A stretch of 64,000 nt of DNA, taken from assembly GCA_031409275.1 (NCBI GenBank), contig JANNXA010000044.1:32001-96000 (forward strand), given 5' to 3'. The notes below the pieces were generated by a model. That model was not told the DNA's origin. It was given only the letters and a program-made list of their open reading frames with translations, and ran no database searches. Positions 61,589 through 64,000 of the stretch are shown here, in pieces. The DNA is from Planctomycetota bacterium (lineage in GTDB: Bacteria; Planctomycetota; B15-G4; SIAN01). The translations under genes and the position numbers were made by a program. Position 1 is the stretch's first letter; each line of letters begins with the position of its first letter.

Positions 61589-62386
61589 TCACTCGCGACC
61601 GAAGCGGTACTCGCGGCCGAGCTGCGCGATCTCGACTCGATGCGGCTTGCCGCGAGCCGCCAACCGCTGCTGCAGCTGCGAGACGATTGCGGCTTGGAAG
61701 CGCGCCTTCAGGTGGAAGGCGACGACGGGCAGGTCGGGACGGTCGAGCTTGTCGAGCTCCGCCACGAAGGTCGCGGGCGTGAGGTGGCCCGCTCGGCGCG
61801 CAAGCTCGCTGCGCTCATCGGGAAACGACAGCTCGAGGAACAGCGCGCGCAGGTTCGGCGTCGCGCGCGCGATCTCCCACAATCGCGTCGTCGGGCCGGT
61901 ATCCCCGCTGAACAGCACCGAGCCGTCGCCATCGCCGAGCCGGTAGCCGAAGGTCGGCACCGGATGGTCGACCGCGATGGGCAGCACCTCGAGCGATCCG
62001 ACCGAGAACGGCCGCTCCGCCTCGATGACGCTCAAGTTCATGAGCTTGCGCTCGCCGATGCGCAGATCGACGAAGTTCGGCCAGAGGCGATCGTTGAAGA
62101 CGTCCTGGCGCAGCGACGCCAGCGTGAACGCGTTGCCATGCACGGTGGGGCCGTCGCGCGTCTCGTCGATGACGTTTTCGAGGAAGAGCGGCAACGAGCC
62201 GGTGTGGTCGGCGTGCGAATGAGTCAACAACACGTTGCGCACGCGCGCCTGATCGGCCGGCGTCCCCATCTGCCCGAGGCAGCCGGCATCGATGGCGAGG
62301 ACGTCATCGATGACGAACGAAGTGAGGTAGTGCTGCCGCGTCGGGGCCGAGAACGAGCTCGGCAGCAGCGTGACCTTCATCGCCAT
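61589..62386 (-). CDS. Class II (MBL-fold) cyclic-nucleotide phosphodiesterase
   Basis: LAIDAG, LTHSHADH, VFNDRLWPNF, HPVPTFGY, SGDTG, LELSFP...GHLTP. Confidence 0.85.
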   Translation of the reverse strand: MAMKVTLLPSSFSAPTRQHYLTSFVIDDVLAIDAGCLGQMGTPADQARVRNVLLTHSHADHTGSLPLFLENVIDETRDGPTVHGNAFTLASLRQDVFNDRLWPNFVDLRIGERKLMNLSVIEAERPFSVGSLEVLPIAVDHPVPTFGYRLGDGDGSVLFSGDTGPTTRLWEIARATPNLRALFLELSFPDERSELARRAGHLTPATFVAELDKLDRPDLPVVAFHLKARFQAAIVSQLQQRLAARGKPHRVEIAQLGREYRFGRE

Positions 62387-62400
62387 CTCAGGTCGCCATC

Positions 62401-63708
62401 TCAGTGCGACTCGATCCGCTCACGCGTCGAAGTCGGCGGGAGCGCATCGAGCAGCGCGCGCGGCACGCGACCCGCCGCCGTGGCGAGTTTCGCAAGGTCG
62501 AGCGTACGTCGTTGCGGCGTCGGTGCCAACGCCGTGGCAAGCGCGTGCGCCAGCGGCGTCGGCAAGCCGCGCCGCTCGAACTCGTCGACCGACGGTTCAT
62601 GGAGCAGCTTCTCCTCGATCAACGCGCCGAGATCGCTGGCGGTGAACGGAAGCTCGCCCAACGCGAGCTCGTGGAGCAGGCACCCGAACGCGTAGCGGTC
62701 GCTGGCCGCGTCCGCACGACCGCCGGCAAACAACTCGGGCGCGAGGTAGAGCGGCGTCCCGGCAATGCCGTGCGTGCCCGCGGCGCCTTCGGCCAGTTCC
62801 GTGAGCGACGCGGCGAGACCGAAGTCGACCAGCTTCACGTCACCCTCCGGCGTGAGCACGACGTTCGCTGGCTTGAGGTCGCGGTGGATCACGCCGCGAG
62901 CGTGCAGCTCGAGCAGCGCCGCCGCGATCTGCCCGGCGATGGCCAGCACCACCTCCGCCGGCAGGCGCCGGTGGTGGGCGAGCAGCGCGGCGAGCGACGG
63001 CCCTTCGCACAGTTCGAGCGCGAGGAACTGCGTGCGCAACGCGGCGAAGCGGCGATGGAGTCGCGCGATGTGGGGGTGATCGAGCGGCGCCAGCAGATCG
63101 GCCTCGCGCTCGAAGCGGTCACATGCGGCGCCATCGAAGATCAGCCGATGGCTCATCATCTTGAGCGCGACGCAGCGATCGAACTCGGTGTCGCGCGCGC
63201 GATAGACCACGGCCATCGCGCCGCGCCCGATGCAGCGCTCGATTTCGTAGCGATCGAGGCGCTTGCCGCCGAGCGCATCCGTCGCGTTGCGGCCCAGCCG
63301 ATCGGCGACGAGGTGCGTCAGCACGCTCGCGACTTCGGGATGGAGCGCGACCATCGTCTCGAAGTCGCTGGCGCGCAGCACCAGCGCCGTGCCCGCCTGC
63401 TCGGCGTAGACGTTCGCCGTGCGCGGCTCCTTGGTGAGCAGCGCCATCTCGCCGATCACTTCGCCCGCTGCCACGAAGCCGATCACCTGCTCCGGCGCTC
63501 CGACCCGCTCGAGCGTGACGACCGCGCTCCCGCGCTGCAGCACCATCAACTTGTCGCCTGGCGCGCCTTGCGCCAACAGCCGCTCGCCCGCCACGAACTC
63601 GCGCACCGTCATCCTTTCCTGCAAGAGCATTCGCACTTGCGCACGAACCGCCGCGAAGGCTTGCGTGGTGGCGAGAAGATCGTCGAACGGACCCGCGGGT
63701 GCAGCCAT
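62401..63708 (-). CDS. Cyclic-nucleotide-binding domain fused to a Ser/Thr kinase
   Basis: cNMP domain GEVIGEMALLTKEPRTANV; kinase IGRGAMA, VALK, HRDLKPAN, DFG, YLAPE. Confidence 0.9.
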   Translation of the reverse strand: MAAPAGPFDDLLATTQAFAAVRAQVRMLLQERMTVREFVAGERLLAQGAPGDKLMVLQRGSAVVTLERVGAPEQVIGFVAAGEVIGEMALLTKEPRTANVYAEQAGTALVLRASDFETMVALHPEVASVLTHLVADRLGRNATDALGGKRLDRYEIERCIGRGAMAVVYRARDTEFDRCVALKMMSHRLIFDGAACDRFEREADLLAPLDHPHIARLHRRFAALRTQFLALELCEGPSLAALLAHHRRLPAEVVLAIAGQIAAALLELHARGVIHRDLKPANVVLTPEGDVKLVDFGLAASLTELAEGAAGTHGIAGTPLYLAPELFAGGRADAASDRYAFGCLLHELALGELPFTASDLGALIEEKLLHEPSVDEFERRGLPTPLAHALATALAPTPQRRTLDLAKLATAAGRVPRALLDALPPTSTRERIESH

Positions 63709-63795
63709 GACCCGTCGATCGGCATCCCGAGGCGTTCAGCCGAAACGGGCAGCGGTCGAAACGAAACTCCCGTCGCGCCCCCCCGGAGGGCGGGG

Positions 63796-64000
63796 CTACG
63801 TCGCCCACCTCGCATCGAGCTGCGCGAACGGCCGCAGCGCCGCCGCGACCGCGTCTTGCTGCCGCGGGTCCGTCAAGCGACGGCGCAAGCGCTGCAGGTG
63901 ATCGAGGTCGTCGAGCGCGATATCGATCTCGATGAGCTGCGTCAGGCGTGCGAGCCCGAGCGTGCCACCGTCGTCGGCGTCAAGCGAGTCGCGAACCGCC
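63796..64000 (-). CDS. 3' end of an unidentified gene (partial)
   Basis: Open frame ...GTLGLARLTQLIEIDIALDDLDHLQRLRRRL...DARWAT* with host-like codons, stop at 63796-63798. Confidence 0.55.
   Translation of the reverse strand, partial: AVRDSLDADDGGTLGLARLTQLIEIDIALDDLDHLQRLRRRLTDPRQQDAVAAALRPFAQLDARWAT

Overview
High-GC bacterial chromosomal segment (roughly 70% GC by eye), probably Planctomycetota. That assignment is inferred from the ECF-sigma/Ser-Thr-kinase pair, the expanded TPR kinases and the FG-GAP/SBBP/LamG secreted proteins. About 50 genes can be called. Core genes: Tex, OsmC, an OYE flavin reductase, an SLC13 permease, hppA, an arg operon (argG-X-argC-argD-argB) with tandem ARG-box-like sites, parB with two parS sites but no adjacent parA, acylphosphatase, a group-1/2 sigma70, hemW and pyrF. 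Accessory genes: a class A beta-lactamase, a PIN-GNAT-PUA + ASCH pair, hipBA, a poly-HAMP MCP and a cNMP-kinase + phosphodiesterase pair. Best leads: (1) a tightly coupled DUF4956-TPR-CotH/beta-helix-VTC operon that may make, export and use polyphosphate at the cell surface; (2) a DUF1611-like P-loop gene coupled inside an arg operon that lacks argA/argJ, a candidate alternative N-acetylglutamate synthase; (3) a 1.6-kb lower-GC islet bounded by a perfect 44-bp direct repeat and encoding a 14-Cys secreted protein; (4) the PIN-GNAT/ASCH module. Also noted are a sigma factor with no canonical start codon and an unannotated 43-aa Lys-rich protein. No rRNA, tRNA, CRISPR array, transposase or integrase was recognised. 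All family calls come from motif recognition by eye, not database searches. Many starts were adjusted from the ORF track.
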